Positions 1-11,045 of a stretch of DNA of 64,000 nt are shown here, one piece after another (position 1 is the stretch's first letter; the number at the start of each line of letters is the position of its first letter). Made by a program: the position numbers and the translations under genes. The notes under the pieces were generated by a model. That model was not told where the DNA came from. It made no database searches and worked only from the letters and a program-made list of their open reading frames with translations. This DNA is from Bacteroidota bacterium (GTDB lineage: Bacteria > Bacteroidota > Bacteroidia > JABEUT01). The DNA lies in NCBI GenBank assembly GCA_013288345.1, contig JABDCA010000004.1:1351-65350 (forward strand). The letters are read 5' to 3'.

Positions 1-1
1 C

Positions 2-1594
2 AATTACAAGTTCTTGTATGTTTCACCTGAGCGGCTTACTACCGATATTTTTATTGCCCGTGTTAAGCAAATGAATGTAAACTTTATTGCGGTAGATGAG
101 GCTCACTGCATATCGCAATGGGGGTATGACTTTCGACCTGCTTATTTACAAATTACCGAATTAAGAAAAATACTTCCAGGCATACCTGTAATAGCCTTAA
201 CAGCCAGTGCAACACCTGAGGTAGTCACTGACATTCAAAAGCAGCTTGACTTTAAACAGGAGAATGCAATCAGGCTAAGCTTTGAAAGAAAGAACATTGC
301 TTATGTAGTACAAAAAGAAGAAGACAAATCGGCAAGGCTGCTGAAACTTGTGAATAATGTAAAGGGCTCCGGAATTATATATGTGCGTAACCGTAGGAAA
401 ACAGAAGAAGTAGCGTTGTTCTTAAAACAAAACGGAGTATCGGCTGATTTTTACCATGCTGGCTTAATGCACGATGCGCGCAGCAGTAAACAGGAAGCAT
501 GGCTGAATGATAGATTACGTGTGATTGTCTGCACCAATGCTTTTGGCATGGGAATAAATAAAGCAGCTGTGCGATTTGTAGTACACCTCGATCTGCCCGA
601 AAGCCTTGAAGCTTATTTTCAGGAAGCAGGCCGTGCCGGAAGAGATGAAAAGAAAGCTTTTGCGGTATTGTTTTACAACGAAGCCGACCGCATTAATCTC
701 GAGAGAAACATAGACCATGCCTACCCGCCTGTAGATGATATAAAAAAGACCTACCTGGCGCTTTGCAATTACTTTAATATGGTAATTGGCTCGGGCAAAG
801 GTAGCAGCCACGATTTTGATATTACCGAGTTCTGCCAGCACTTTGCCTTAGATGCAGGTATTGTAGCCAATAGCATTAAGCTACTAGAGAAGGAAGGCTA
901 TATAATGGCTACGGAATCATTCTATAGACCATCAAGGGTACATGTTCTTATTTCGAATAAAGATATTTACAAATTTCAGGTAGAACACCCGAATTACGAT
1001 GCATTTGTAAAGTTGTTACTACGTTCTTACGAAGGCATTTTCACCAACTATGTGCCCATTAACGAATACAATCTCGCACGCCGCTCTACATTAAAGGAAG
1101 AGGAAGTACGCTCGTTATTGCAGCGCTTAGATAAAATGACAGTGATTTCATACATACCGCAGTCGAGCAAGCCACAGATAATATATACCGAAGATGCATT
1201 ACACCCCGGCAATGTAGAAATAGCGAAGAAGAATTATAGCGAGCGCAAAGAACGGGCCATACAGCGTATGGAATGGGTTATACATTATGCAACTAATACC
1301 CGCAAATGCAGGAGCGAATTGCTCCTCTCCTATTTTGGTGAAGCCGAAGAAGTGCGATGCGGTATATGTGATGTTTGCCTTGAACGCAATAAGCTTGAAT
1401 TAAGCGATCTTGAATTTGCAACCATTGCAGCACAGTTAAAAGAGAAGCTTGGCAAACAACCAATGGAGCTTACTGACCTTGTACATAGCGTTAAGCAAAT
1501 ACGGGAAGACAAAATAATTAAAACCGTGCAGTGGCTAATGGATAACGGCAAAATAGAAAACGACGAAGAGAATAAATTGGTCTGGAAAAAGTAA
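2..1594 (+). CDS. recQ: RecQ-family ATP-dependent DNA helicase (5' part lies before the window)
   Basis: YVSPERL, VDEAHCISQWGYDFRP, ALTASAT, AFGMGI, QEAGRAGRD motifs; Zn-binding C...CGICDVC; frame is open from base 2. Confidence 0.93.
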   Translation, partial: NYKFLYVSPERLTTDIFIARVKQMNVNFIAVDEAHCISQWGYDFRPAYLQITELRKILPGIPVIALTASATPEVVTDIQKQLDFKQENAIRLSFERKNIAYVVQKEEDKSARLLKLVNNVKGSGIIYVRNRRKTEEVALFLKQNGVSADFYHAGLMHDARSSKQEAWLNDRLRVIVCTNAFGMGINKAAVRFVVHLDLPESLEAYFQEAGRAGRDEKKAFAVLFYNEADRINLERNIDHAYPPVDDIKKTYLALCNYFNMVIGSGKGSSHDFDITEFCQHFALDAGIVANSIKLLEKEGYIMATESFYRPSRVHVLISNKDIYKFQVEHPNYDAFVKLLLRSYEGIFTNYVPINEYNLARRSTLKEEEVRSLLQRLDKMTVISYIPQSSKPQIIYTEDALHPGNVEIAKKNYSERKERAIQRMEWVIHYATNTRKCRSELLLSYFGEAEEVRCGICDVCLERNKLELSDLEFATIAAQLKEKLGKQPMELTDLVHSVKQIREDKIIKTVQWLMDNGKIENDEENKLVWKK

Positions 1595-1612
1595 CCTTTT
1601 AATATCAGTTTA

Positions 1613-1741
1613 GGCTAAAGCCTTTTTTTATCACACTCTCTACCCCGGCTTAAAAGCCGGGGCTATTTTATAGGAATCAAATTCAATTGCCCCGACCTTT
1701 AGGTCGGGGATTAAATAGCCAACGTTTATGGGCTTTAGCCC
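1613..1741. repeat. BIME/REP-like palindrome cluster between convergent genes
   Basis: GGCTAAAGCC (1613-22), CCCCGGCTTAAAAGCCGGGG (1643-62), CCCCGACCTTTAGGTCGGGG (1690-1709), GGGCTTTAGCCC (1730-41), arranged in mirror symmetry. Confidence 0.8.
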
Positions 1742-1751
1742 AAACAAAAAA

Positions 1752-2471
1752 CTATTTCTTAAACGGCACCAAGTAATTACCCTCCATAAGTGGCACCACA
1801 GGGGCCTGGTCTGGCTTTAAGCAAAACTTTATATCGTCTTGTAAATTCAGCTTGGCAAGGCGTTTAAAGTGAGATGAGTTCTCCATAAAACCATAAAGAT
1901 CTTTCTGGGCAATCTCATATAATGATTTCGATGCCATGGTAGAATCGTAATTGGTCTCAAACATACCGGTACTATCAAGTTTAGATGCAATAGCACCTGC
2001 ACAGAGGGTATCCTCGAGGTTAAAAAAGTCTTTCCAACCGGCACAAAGCAGAATGATATTTTTATGCTGCACCGCCAACCACTGGCATAATGCAGTAAGA
2101 TTTAAAAACGAACCGATAGCAATTTTATATGCATCGCGTGCAACACGTATAGCCTGTGTTCCGTTGGTGGTAGTAAATACTATTACCTTGCCTTTCAGGT
2201 TAGGTTGCATGTATTCAAAAGGAGAATTACCTAAATCAAAACCTTCAACCCTGTGTGCTGAGCGCTCAGCAGCAACCAAAAATCCGCGCGATTGAAAATT
2301 CCTTGCTTCAACAACTGAAGCAACCGGCAATATTTTTTCTACACCGTAATGCAGAGCAGTACACATGGATGATGTTGCACGTAATACGTCAATTACAACA
2401 ACGATGCATTCTTCATGAGGGTAAAGAGGGAACGAATGGGGTGAAAAACAAACTTCAATTGTATTTTTCAT
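1752..2471 (-). CDS. comB: 2-phosphosulfolactate phosphatase (ComB family)
   Basis: VVIDVLRATS, GFDLGNSP, TTTNGT, EDTLCAG motifs. Confidence 0.9.
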   Translation of the reverse strand: MKNTIEVCFSPHSFPLYPHEECIVVVIDVLRATSSMCTALHYGVEKILPVASVVEARNFQSRGFLVAAERSAHRVEGFDLGNSPFEYMQPNLKGKVIVFTTTNGTQAIRVARDAYKIAIGSFLNLTALCQWLAVQHKNIILLCAGWKDFFNLEDTLCAGAIASKLDSTGMFETNYDSTMASKSLYEIAQKDLYGFMENSSHFKRLAKLNLQDDIKFCLKPDQAPVVPLMEGNYLVPFKK

Positions 2472-3557
2472 CTATGCTTGTTTATAAAATGGAGTCTTAA
2501 CTATTGCTGCTTTTATAAGCTTATCGCGTATCTTAATATAAATTTCGGTACCGGGTTTTGCCAGTTCTGTTTTTACATAACCCATACCTATTGCCTGTTG
2601 CAACGATGGCGATTGTGTACCTGATGTTACCACACCAACAATATTCCCCTGAGCATCGGTAATTTCGTAACCGTGGCGTGGAATACCTTTATCAATCATT
2701 GTAAAGCCAGCTAATTTGCGCTTTACACCATTATTCTTTTGCTCCAGCAATGCTTTCGAATTGGTGAACTCTTTGGTGAATTTAGTTATCCAACCCAATC
2801 CTGCTTCTATTGGAGAAGTGGTATCATCAATATCGTTGCCGTATAAGTTAAATGCCATTTCGAGTCTTAATGTATCGCGTGCACCCAGGCCAATAGGCTT
2901 TAAGCCTTCAGGAGTACCTACCCTCATTATCTCATCCCAAATTTTTGCAGCATCTTCGTTTTTGCAATAAATTTCAAAGCCACCTGCACCGGTATAACCT
3001 GTATTAGAAATAATAACGCCATTTACTCCGCAAAACTGGCCAATGGTAAAATTATAATAAGGAATTTTTGTAAGGTCGACATTGGTAAGCTTGCCCAATA
3101 TGGCTGTTGCCTTAGGGCCCTGTATAGCCATTAATGAATAGTCGTCAGATACGTTTTTCATATCTACACCCATATCGTTATGCGACTTAACCCAGTTCCA
3201 ATCCTTTTCCATGTTCGAGGCATTCACAACTAGCATATAGGTTTCCTTATCCATGCAATAAACAAGCAAGTCATCTACTATACCACCTTTATCGTTAGGG
3301 AAACAAGAATACTGCACCTTACCTGACGAAAGAACAGATGCATCATTAGATGTTACCTTTTGTATCAGGTCGAGCGCTTTAGGGCCTTTGAGGATAAACT
3401 CTCCCATGTGCGATACATCAAACATACCTGCAAGGTTGCGCACAGTAATATGTTCGTCGTTAAGCCCGGTATACGAAACAGGCATGTTATAGCCTGCAAA
3501 TTCAACCATTTTGGCTCCAAGCGCTATATGCTTGTCTGTAAGTGCGGTAGTCTTCAT
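2472..3557 (-). CDS. gcvT: glycine cleavage system aminomethyltransferase T
   Basis: [39 protein letters not shown]. Confidence 0.97.
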   Translation of the reverse strand: MKTTALTDKHIALGAKMVEFAGYNMPVSYTGLNDEHITVRNLAGMFDVSHMGEFILKGPKALDLIQKVTSNDASVLSSGKVQYSCFPNDKGGIVDDLLVYCMDKETYMLVVNASNMEKDWNWVKSHNDMGVDMKNVSDDYSLMAIQGPKATAILGKLTNVDLTKIPYYNFTIGQFCGVNGVIISNTGYTGAGGFEIYCKNEDAAKIWDEIMRVGTPEGLKPIGLGARDTLRLEMAFNLYGNDIDDTTSPIEAGLGWITKFTKEFTNSKALLEQKNNGVKRKLAGFTMIDKGIPRHGYEITDAQGNIVGVVTSGTQSPSLQQAIGMGYVKTELAKPGTEIYIKIRDKLIKAAIVKTPFYKQA

Positions 3558-4276
3558 TATTTAATATCAAATAAGTTATTTACTCCAAAAATTTTACGTT
3601 GAGACAGGAAGCCTTCAGCATATTTAGCCCCGATAGCATAACCCATTTCTGAATCTCTGTTCTTGATATGTTCAATAAAATGAGGCGCTGTAAGTACCGT
3701 TTCGGGCTCTTTTGAATTAGGGTCGTGGAACTGAGAGCTGAAAGCTTTAATTGCCTCTATCTTCTGGTCTATTTCGTTGCTTGTATCAACCACAAAGCTA
3801 AAATCGTAACTAAAGTGCTGCATATAGTAAAACAAACGGTTAGGGCGAAAAGCTTCTTGTTTTTTACCTTCCCATTCGGTTTCTATTTTAACCAGGCCGG
3901 CATAAAACCACGCCTCAGTAACCATTTGCGATGCACGTCCATGATCGGGATGCCTGTCTTGCGGTACGTTAGCAAGAACTATATCGGGCTTGTATTGGCG
4001 AATCTTCTGAATGATCTTAATGCGATGTTCCGTATCGTTCGTAAAATAACCATCCATCATGCCCAGGTTATCGCGGACCGATACACCCATTATTTTAGCT
4101 GAATTGGCGGCCTCTTGTTTACGCAGCTCTGCACTACCACGTGTACCCAACTGGCCTTCGGTCATATCTATGATCCCAACCTTTTTCCCTGCTTTTACAG
4201 CCTTAATAAGCGTGCCTGCACAAGAAAGCTCTATATCGTCGGGGTGTGCGCCAAAAGCAAGAATATCAAGTTTCAT
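3557..4276 (-). CDS. bshB1: bacillithiol biosynthesis deacetylase BshB1 (PIG-L family)
   Basis: [37 protein letters not shown]. Confidence 0.88.
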   Translation of the reverse strand: MKLDILAFGAHPDDIELSCAGTLIKAVKAGKKVGIIDMTEGQLGTRGSAELRKQEAANSAKIMGVSVRDNLGMMDGYFTNDTEHRIKIIQKIRQYKPDIVLANVPQDRHPDHGRASQMVTEAWFYAGLVKIETEWEGKKQEAFRPNRLFYYMQHFSYDFSFVVDTSNEIDQKIEAIKAFSSQFHDPNSKEPETVLTAPHFIEHIKNRDSEMGYAIGAKYAEGFLSQRKIFGVNNLFDIK

Positions 4277-4351
4277 ATTTAGCTAAGTTATTACGGCGCA
4301 CAAAAGTAGGAAAATAAAGGAATTTAACATCTCCCTGTTTCTCTATGTCCT

Positions 4352-4765
4352 CTATGCCTCCGTAGTGAAGATTGCCTCATCCAAAAACCTATCCTTTACA
4401 TCATCTGTTGGAACAGAGCATTGGTCTTTCTTACCGAAAAGGGCATACCTGTTTTTTGCAAGCAAATTGTAAATACCGTTGCGAATAAAGCTGGGAATAA
4501 TTTTAAATATGAGTGCAGCTTTCCAAATACCGTTTAAAGAACTTAATATTTCGATAGAGGCATCCGATTGCATAAGTATCTTCTCTCCATCGAATAATAT
4601 GACTGTTTTAAGGTTATCTGATGACACATTGAAGTGAGCAGAGAGCGCCATACCATACTTAGATTGCAGAGAAGCAAATTGAAATACCTTATTCTTATCG
4701 CGCTTTATTATAAAACGGACGAAGCTATTACACATATTACAAACTCCATCGAACAGAATAACCAT
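4352..4765 (-). CDS. DCC1-like thiol-disulfide oxidoreductase (YuxK family)
   Basis: N-terminal FDGVCNMC (DxxCxxC), FASLQS, NRYALFGK. Confidence 0.9.
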   Translation of the reverse strand: MVILFDGVCNMCNSFVRFIIKRDKNKVFQFASLQSKYGMALSAHFNVSSDNLKTVILFDGEKILMQSDASIEILSSLNGIWKAALIFKIIPSFIRNGIYNLLAKNRYALFGKKDQCSVPTDDVKDRFLDEAIFTTEA

Positions 4766-4773
4766 GACAAACA

Positions 4774-4858
4774 GTTAGAAAGTTTGTAAAGTTAGAAAGT
4801 TCATAAAGTTTATAGAAACTTACCTGTTTTTACTTTATGAACTTTACAAACTTTAAGA
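4774..4858. repeat. short AAAGTT-based tandem repeats forming an inverted pair
   Basis: AAAGTTTGTAAAGTT (4779-93) vs AACTTTACAAACTTT (4840-54), perfect IR; AAGTTCATAAAGT vs ACTTTATGAACTT. Confidence 0.7.
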
Positions 4859-4860
4859 AC

Positions 4861-6213
4861 TTAAAACTCTATATGCACCCTAACTGAACCAATACTTACT
4901 GGCCCCCTATCTGCATTATAGCCGGGATTTTGCACATATTGGTAATCGAGTGCAAGAAAAAAACGATCGAAGAAAACAGTTTGGTAATAGGTCTCAAAAA
5001 TTTCTTCAGCAGAATAGTTTGGGAGCTTACCATCACCAATAATAAACTGGTAGCCACCTTCGTTTTCAAAATCACGATGTTGCTTTGATAAGCCATTAAA
5101 TATCAGTGCTGCCCCATAGGTGTCTTTTTTCCGGTGCCACATTGCCCCATTCAAACTAACGCCCGGAGTAAAAGTCTGGTCGACCTCGGTAAATGCCCAT
5201 GTGCCTGTTTTGCCATCATTCCACCCTGCACGCACAAATGCGCCAATGTATTTACCAATGGGATGATTCCAGTTTATGCCTATACCGTATTTTTTATTTC
5301 CGTTATACGCAGAAAGTGAATCTATTCGTAATGCATTCAGATCACCGGCATTATAATTAGCGATGGCATTTTCATAATTACCTGCCCGGTTCTGGTTCAG
5401 GTAAAGTAAAACACTAAAGCCACCATCTCTGTCATTTACCTTGTAATTGTAACCCGCCTCAGCAGTAATGCCAAATGTTTTGCCCAGGTTCCAGTCGAAG
5501 TCAGGGCCATTGGCATATAGCGGCTCTAGCGCATCTGATAAAGTAAGGAACCATTTAGGTGTTATTACCTGGGCTACAAATGCGTAAGTATAACCACGGG
5601 TATTGGCAGGGTAATCCCATGCACCGTTATCCATCAACACCCAATTCATAAACTGGCTGCGAGGGTCATGCGAATAAGTATTGTTATCGTAAAAATCGCC
5701 AAGGGAAAATTTACCTACACTGAGAGTAAGTCTCTTATCTGGCAAAAACTGATTCACCTGGTTTTTATCTTCTGCGCTGAATGGGTCGTGGCTACCTGAC
5801 AATGCAAACGATTGCTGGAAATAACAACGGGCAATATATGCTGCAGGAGTTGGATTGCCTACTCTATAAATTTCTCCGTTAGGGAAACCAGCAATACCTG
5901 TGGTACTACTAAGCCCTTTGCCACCAGATATTTCCGGGTTAAAGTACAAGGCTGCATACTTCCATAATCTTCTTCCTATAAAAAGCGTTGATGTAACCGA
6001 CATATCCTGTTCTGTTGTATCCTGTAAGCTGTTATGCCCCGAGTATGGTGAATGAAAATAGCCATGGTACTGATCTATAGTTGTTAGCTGAAAATGGAAT
6101 GACCAGCCGCTGCCTGTATCTTTCTTTATAGAGTCATTTGCAGATGCATAGGTATAACCAAACACCAATAAGAAGAATGGGGCAAGTAAAAACTTAATAG
6201 TATTAGTCTTCAT
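4861..6213 (-). CDS. OprB-family porin, MnoP-like (putative high-affinity Mn2+ porin)
   Basis: signal peptide; NPEISGGKGLS, GIAGFPNGE, DNNTYSHDPRSQFMNW, GAWDYPANTRGYT; C-terminal F; 3 bp downstream of mntH. Confidence 0.8.
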   Translation of the reverse strand: MKTNTIKFLLAPFFLLVFGYTYASANDSIKKDTGSGWSFHFQLTTIDQYHGYFHSPYSGHNSLQDTTEQDMSVTSTLFIGRRLWKYAALYFNPEISGGKGLSSTTGIAGFPNGEIYRVGNPTPAAYIARCYFQQSFALSGSHDPFSAEDKNQVNQFLPDKRLTLSVGKFSLGDFYDNNTYSHDPRSQFMNWVLMDNGAWDYPANTRGYTYAFVAQVITPKWFLTLSDALEPLYANGPDFDWNLGKTFGITAEAGYNYKVNDRDGGFSVLLYLNQNRAGNYENAIANYNAGDLNALRIDSLSAYNGNKKYGIGINWNHPIGKYIGAFVRAGWNDGKTGTWAFTEVDQTFTPGVSLNGAMWHRKKDTYGAALIFNGLSKQHRDFENEGGYQFIIGDGKLPNYSAEEIFETYYQTVFFDRFFLALDYQYVQNPGYNADRGPVSIGSVRVHIEF

Positions 6214-6215
6214 TT

Positions 6216-7562
6216 CTAATTAACTATAGTGTCGTAAACCAAATACACATTCAGCATCAAAATAATTACTGCAATAGCCCAGGCAGTAATTTTTAACCAA
6301 GCCCGATTTGCAAATAAACCCATTTTATGTTTACTATTTGTGAACATTACTAAAGGGAAGACTGCAAAGCTTAATTGTAATGATAATATAACCTGGCTCA
6401 ACACCAACAGATTGGCTGTACCGGTAGCCCCATAAAAAATAGTAACCAATAAAGCAGGTACAATAGCTATGGAACGGGTTATTAACCTACGTAACCAGGG
6501 TTTTAACCGAATATGCAAAAAGCCTTCCATCACGATCTGACCCGCGAGTGTACCTGTAAGGGTAGAGTTTTGCCCCGATGCTAAAAGGGCCACAGCAAAC
6601 AATATAGGTGCAAGTGTTGTACCCAATAAAGGCGTTAATAGTTTGTGCGCGCTCATAATATCAGCTACATCCTGATGCCCGCTATTATGAAAACTGGCTG
6701 CGGCAACTATAAGTATAGCGGCATTAATAAAAAAGGCAGCCATTAAAGCAACAGTACTATCTATACGGGCAAATTTAATTGCCATCTTTTTCCCTTGCGT
6801 GGTTCGGGGATAATTGCGGGTTTGTACTATACTGGAATGCAGGTAAAGATTGTGAGGCATTACCGTAGCGCCTAATATACCAATGGCTATATAGAGCATG
6901 TGGGGATTATAAACCACCTCGGCTTTTGGCAATAATCCATTTAACAAAGGAAAAATATCAGGGCGCGATTTTATCATTTCGAAAATGAAAGAAACCACGA
7001 TCACAAAGATGAGCGATGCCACCACGCTTTCTATAAACCGGAATCCTTTGTACTGGAAGAAGAGTATGACCAATACATCTAATGCCGTTATGGCTACCCC
7101 CCATGCCAGTGGCAACCCAAATAACAGATTTAAGGCTATTGCGGAACCAATAACTTCAGCCAGATCGCATGCGGCTATGGCAATTTCGCAGAGCACCCAA
7201 AGTGTAAAGCTAAGTGCAGGGCTATAATGATCGCGGCAGGCCTGGGCAAGATCTCGTTCGGTTGCAACGCCAAGTTTTAGGGCAAGATACTGAAGGAGAA
7301 TAGCAAATATGTTAGAGATGAAAATGACAGACAATAAGGTATAACCGAATTTGGCCCCACCTTCTATATCGGTAGCCCAGTTACCAGGGTCCATATAACC
7401 AACAGCCACCATTAGCCCCGGACCGGAAAATGCTAACAACTTTCGCCAAAAGCTACCACTGGTAGGCACCTTAACAGAAGAAAACACCTCCGACAAGGAA
7501 TGTTCTTTGTTGCCCTTCCGCCAGGCTTTGGTTATTAATTTATCTTTTGCTTCGGAGAACAC
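6216..7562 (-). CDS. mntH: Nramp-family Mn2+/H+ symporter
   Basis: [34 protein letters not shown]. Confidence 0.95.
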   Translation of the reverse strand: MFSEAKDKLITKAWRKGNKEHSLSEVFSSVKVPTSGSFWRKLLAFSGPGLMVAVGYMDPGNWATDIEGGAKFGYTLLSVIFISNIFAILLQYLALKLGVATERDLAQACRDHYSPALSFTLWVLCEIAIAACDLAEVIGSAIALNLLFGLPLAWGVAITALDVLVILFFQYKGFRFIESVVASLIFVIVVSFIFEMIKSRPDIFPLLNGLLPKAEVVYNPHMLYIAIGILGATVMPHNLYLHSSIVQTRNYPRTTQGKKMAIKFARIDSTVALMAAFFINAAILIVAAASFHNSGHQDVADIMSAHKLLTPLLGTTLAPILFAVALLASGQNSTLTGTLAGQIVMEGFLHIRLKPWLRRLITRSIAIVPALLVTIFYGATGTANLLVLSQVILSLQLSFAVFPLVMFTNSKHKMGLFANRAWLKITAWAIAVIILMLNVYLVYDTIVN

Positions 7563-7615
7563 AATTATTCATTTTGTGCAAATATACTATTAATTTTATA
7601 CAGCTAACATAATTT

Positions 7616-7631
7616 ATTAGGCATGCCTAAT
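7616..7631. promoter_or_regulatory. DtxR/MntR-type operator between divergent promoters
   Basis: perfect palindrome ATTAGGCATGCCTAAT; -7 boxes TATCTTTG (7655-62, +) and TATATTTG (7579-86, -). Confidence 0.8.
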
Positions 7632-7680
7632 TTTTTATATTAGAACAAAATAACTATCTTTGTATCGCCTATCTAAAAAC

Positions 7681-8334
7681 ATGCATACATTTTCAGAAGA
7701 GAACTACTTACGGGCCATATATCGCCTCAGCCTTGACGCTAAGGCTAAGATAAGCCCGACATCTATTGCAGAGGAGCTTAACAACAACCCTGCATCGGTA
7801 GTAGATATGCTCAAAAAGCTTACCGATAAAAAGCTAATCAGTTACGACAAGAAGAAAGGCGCTAAGCTTACCGATAAAGGCACCAAGACTGCCATTGAGG
7901 TAGTCCGTAAGCACCGCCTATGGGAGGTATTTTTACTTGAAAAGCTTGGTTATGGCTGGGAAGAGATACACGATATAGCCGAACAATTAGAGCATATACA
8001 TAATGATGAGCTTGCTGACAGGCTTGATAAATTCCTTGGCTTCCCTGATTATGACCCGCATGGCGACCCTATACCTAAGGCCAATGGCAAAATTGCCACA
8101 ACCTACAAAACCATGTTACTTGAAGTAGAACCGGGCAACTCATGCCAGGTAGCTGCAGTAAAAGATACATCAGTTGCCTTCCTCCATTACCTCGAAAAAT
8201 TGGGCGTAGGCATTGGCACACGTATTAAGATAGTTGAGAAGATAGCCTTTGATGGCTCTATGGTGATACAGGTTGGTAAAGCTGACAAGATAAATGTTTC
8301 GAAGAAATTTGGGGAGAGTATTTTGGTTGGGTAA
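7681..8334 (+). CDS. mntR: DtxR/MntR-family metal-dependent repressor with FeoA domain
   Basis: SEENYLRAIY, RKHRLWEVFL, AEQLEH, DPHGDPIP; ATG at 7681 preferred to TTG at 7660. Confidence 0.92.
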   Translation: MHTFSEENYLRAIYRLSLDAKAKISPTSIAEELNNNPASVVDMLKKLTDKKLISYDKKKGAKLTDKGTKTAIEVVRKHRLWEVFLLEKLGYGWEEIHDIAEQLEHIHNDELADRLDKFLGFPDYDPHGDPIPKANGKIATTYKTMLLEVEPGNSCQVAAVKDTSVAFLHYLEKLGVGIGTRIKIVEKIAFDGSMVIQVGKADKINVSKKFGESILVG

Positions 8335-8339
8335 AATTC

Positions 8340-8371
8340 AATTAAGAATTAAAAATTAGGAATTAGGAATC
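8340..8371. repeat. heptamer tandem repeat AATTA(A/G)(A/G)
   Basis: AATTAAG AATTAAA AATTAGG AATTAGG AAT. Confidence 0.6.
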
Positions 8372-8384
8372 AAAAACTGCCACT

Positions 8385-8969
8385 TTAACTTTTGTTTTTA
8401 AATTTAATAAAGTAAATAAAATCAATCTCAACCATTATTTCGCTACTCTGCGCATATTTTTCAAAAGTGTAATTTAAACCAGGTCCATTGATTAATTGAA
8501 TAGAATACCCACTGATATTTTGTGCGTAGCCACAATCAAGTTGAATACTTGCACTATTTTTGGGAAATAAGCGACCTGTTAGATAGTAATGTAAAAACTG
8601 AGTTGCAGACAAGCTATATTCATCTGTAATACTACTATTAACATCTTCCACATCATTTCCGGCACTGCGATTTGAATAATTACATGATAGAAGCAATTCA
8701 AAATTCTTCAAATTATCATATAATTTATATTTTGCGCCAAAACCATAAATCCTTGTTGCACCTGTTGCACCTATACCAAGTCCAGCATTTAACTCAATAT
8801 GATTATTAAAAAAAACAGGACAATAATTTGCAAAAAATCCCATGCTACCAAAACAACCTTTTGAGAAACCCATATCAAGCCCAAAACCTAAATTAGAAGC
8901 GGTATCTTTTTGACCATACATGGTTAAAGAGCTGAAAATTGTAATAGAAATGATTACATATCTTTTCAT
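8385..8969 (-). CDS. hypothetical exported protein, probable small outer-membrane beta-barrel
   Basis: signal peptide ending MYG-Q; alternating amphipathic strands; aromatic C-terminus; AT-rich. Confidence 0.6.
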   Translation of the reverse strand: MKRYVIISITIFSSLTMYGQKDTASNLGFGLDMGFSKGCFGSMGFFANYCPVFFNNHIELNAGLGIGATGATRIYGFGAKYKLYDNLKNFELLLSCNYSNRSAGNDVEDVNSSITDEYSLSATQFLHYYLTGRLFPKNSASIQLDCGYAQNISGYSIQLINGPGLNYTFEKYAQSSEIMVEIDFIYFIKFKNKS

Positions 8970-8972
8970 AAC

Positions 8973-11045
8973 CTAGTTAGCTTTTTTATGTCCCATCCCT
9001 TTTAGCTGCTGCAACAAAGTCTTAGCCTGTTCTTCATCAGGATATTTTTTCAATACAGCTTTTAAACCTTCTTCAGCCTTATCGAATTGTTTATCGTTGA
9101 TATACCAGCCAGCCATATTCAGCATAGCCTGCTTATCATCGGGGCTTAGGGCAAGGGCTTTATCGTAATACGTTTTTGCTTGTTGGCTATTTCCATTACG
9201 TAATAAAATGTAGCCTTTATTGGTAAGGGCAGAAATAAACTCAGGGTCCTGGGTTAAGATAAAGTCGTAGGATTTTTCTGCTTCATCTAATTTATTCAAC
9301 GCTACTAGTGCTGCACCCAGCTTATTATTGAACTCAAGCACGTAGGGGGCTAATTTTACTGCTTTCCGGTAAAAGGCTTCTGCACCACGCATATTATTGA
9401 CCTGGTAAAAGGCCTCTCCTATTCGGTAAGCTGTCCATGCATCGGTATTGGCGTAATCTTTATGCACAAGCATACTATCTAATACAAATTGAGGCTGCAT
9501 TACACCTACATAATAAAGCAGGTGCTTATAATCCTGCTTGTAAAAATAAATATCGATAAGCGGAGAGAAGCTCTTCTTGACCAGTGCAGGAGTATTATCA
9601 GGAAAGTAATGTTTGGCTGAATCTAACAGCAAAGGAAAATCAGATTCGAAATGCGCATATTGCTGAATAAAAGCAATACCACGTGTTTCAGCAGAGGGAT
9701 GATCGTTGCTCACATCATACAGCGTTATGAACTCTTTCACTTTCTTCTTGTCCTCTTTTTTAATAGGAATGCGTATATAGTGGTCAGTAGTAATAACGTG
9801 AGGTATATCAATGGTATTGCCTTTGGGCATATGGCAGCCAATACAATTGGTGTCTCTTGCAAAAGCAGGAACTGTATTGCATTCTTCTATTTCAAGAGTA
9901 ATTTGTTTACACGATCCTTTCGTGTGACAACTCATGCACTTTTGATTAAAATAATTATCACTCACATTTCTAACATCAACATGTGGATTATGGCAGGTAA
10001 CGCAGGTCATAGAACCCTGATAAGGCTTTAACGGGTTCTTGCTCGGGGCATTAAGGCTACTCAAATAACACTTGCTCATCTTCATACGCGCCATGTGCGA
10101 CGCCATAATATATTCGTCCTCCATGCCTGTATATTTGGGCATAAACACATCTTCCACATCCGATAACTTCATACCGGGCCTGAAATCATAAAATGACTTA
10201 CCCGGCTTTAATACTGCATTACCCTGTAAATGGCAGCGCTCACATAAATCGACCTGCAGGTTAACGGGTAGCTTAGCGGGGTTAACAATAGTATAATCAA
10301 TGGCTTTTGTTGTATCCACTTTATAGCCGAGTTGTATTGCTCGCACATGCACCTCGCCTGCTCCATGGCAACGCTCGCATGCAATTCCGTTAGGTACACT
10401 CTTGTATTTATTGGTTGAACCCATTGTAAAATCAGGGTATGAGTTGTGGCATGACATACATTCTAAACCAACTTCTCTGCTAAAGCGGGAATTATATCCA
10501 TCGGAAAAACCGGGAGCCAGATCCCACTTACCCGATTGGGTATAAAAAGTTATAGGTGCCTGATACAAATAGCCATTCACCCTATATATATGCGAATTGG
10601 TATGCATGCCCGAACCAATAATGTAATTTATCTGTTGCTCATGTCTGTATATAGTATCTCGGCCTTTTAGTCGGTATTCCAGCACATAAAGACTGTCATC
10701 TTTCCAGAACGGATGGTAATAGAAGTCTTTGAATTTATCATATACCACTTCGTGTGAGTCAAACCTTGCAGAGCTCTTCTTTTTGGTAGCAATATCAAAC
10801 GATTCGCCCATACCGGTATGCATAAAGGAATCGTAGATACTTTGGTGGCAAAGCATGCAAGTGTGTGCACCCACATATTTAACGGTATCGTTTATGTTAA
10901 GGTACAAATGTGCGCTATCAACTTTCGCCAGAAAAGATTCTTTTGAAGAGATAGTGGAAGTATGGCAATAGGTGGCAGAAAAAATAACGAAAGAAAGGAA
11001 CAGCCCGGCAAATAAGTATTTCAACAGGTTTTTACTCTTATTCAT
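8973..11045 (-). CDS. multiheme c-type cytochrome (7 CxxCH) fused to C-terminal TPR repeats
   Basis: CMLCH, CMSCH, CERCH, CERCH, CVTCH, CMSCH, CIGCH; TPR helices in last ~170 aa; N-terminal signal. Confidence 0.88.
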   Translation of the reverse strand: MNKSKNLLKYLFAGLFLSFVIFSATYCHTSTISSKESFLAKVDSAHLYLNINDTVKYVGAHTCMLCHQSIYDSFMHTGMGESFDIATKKKSSARFDSHEVVYDKFKDFYYHPFWKDDSLYVLEYRLKGRDTIYRHEQQINYIIGSGMHTNSHIYRVNGYLYQAPITFYTQSGKWDLAPGFSDGYNSRFSREVGLECMSCHNSYPDFTMGSTNKYKSVPNGIACERCHGAGEVHVRAIQLGYKVDTTKAIDYTIVNPAKLPVNLQVDLCERCHLQGNAVLKPGKSFYDFRPGMKLSDVEDVFMPKYTGMEDEYIMASHMARMKMSKCYLSSLNAPSKNPLKPYQGSMTCVTCHNPHVDVRNVSDNYFNQKCMSCHTKGSCKQITLEIEECNTVPAFARDTNCIGCHMPKGNTIDIPHVITTDHYIRIPIKKEDKKKVKEFITLYDVSNDHPSAETRGIAFIQQYAHFESDFPLLLDSAKHYFPDNTPALVKKSFSPLIDIYFYKQDYKHLLYYVGVMQPQFVLDSMLVHKDYANTDAWTAYRIGEAFYQVNNMRGAEAFYRKAVKLAPYVLEFNNKLGAALVALNKLDEAEKSYDFILTQDPEFISALTNKGYILLRNGNSQQAKTYYDKALALSPDDKQAMLNMAGWYINDKQFDKAEEGLKAVLKKYPDEEQAKTLLQQLKGMGHKKAN

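Noticed and set aside
7563-7680. yybP-ykoY manganese riboswitch ahead of mntH (also considered for terC)
   Set aside because: The predicted leader of mntH is only ~10 nt and no such fold is visible; a protein operator explains the region
8385-11045. MtrAB-type porin-cytochrome conduit
   Set aside because: The 194-aa barrel is far too small, and the cytochrome has 7 hemes plus TPRs rather than MtrA architecture
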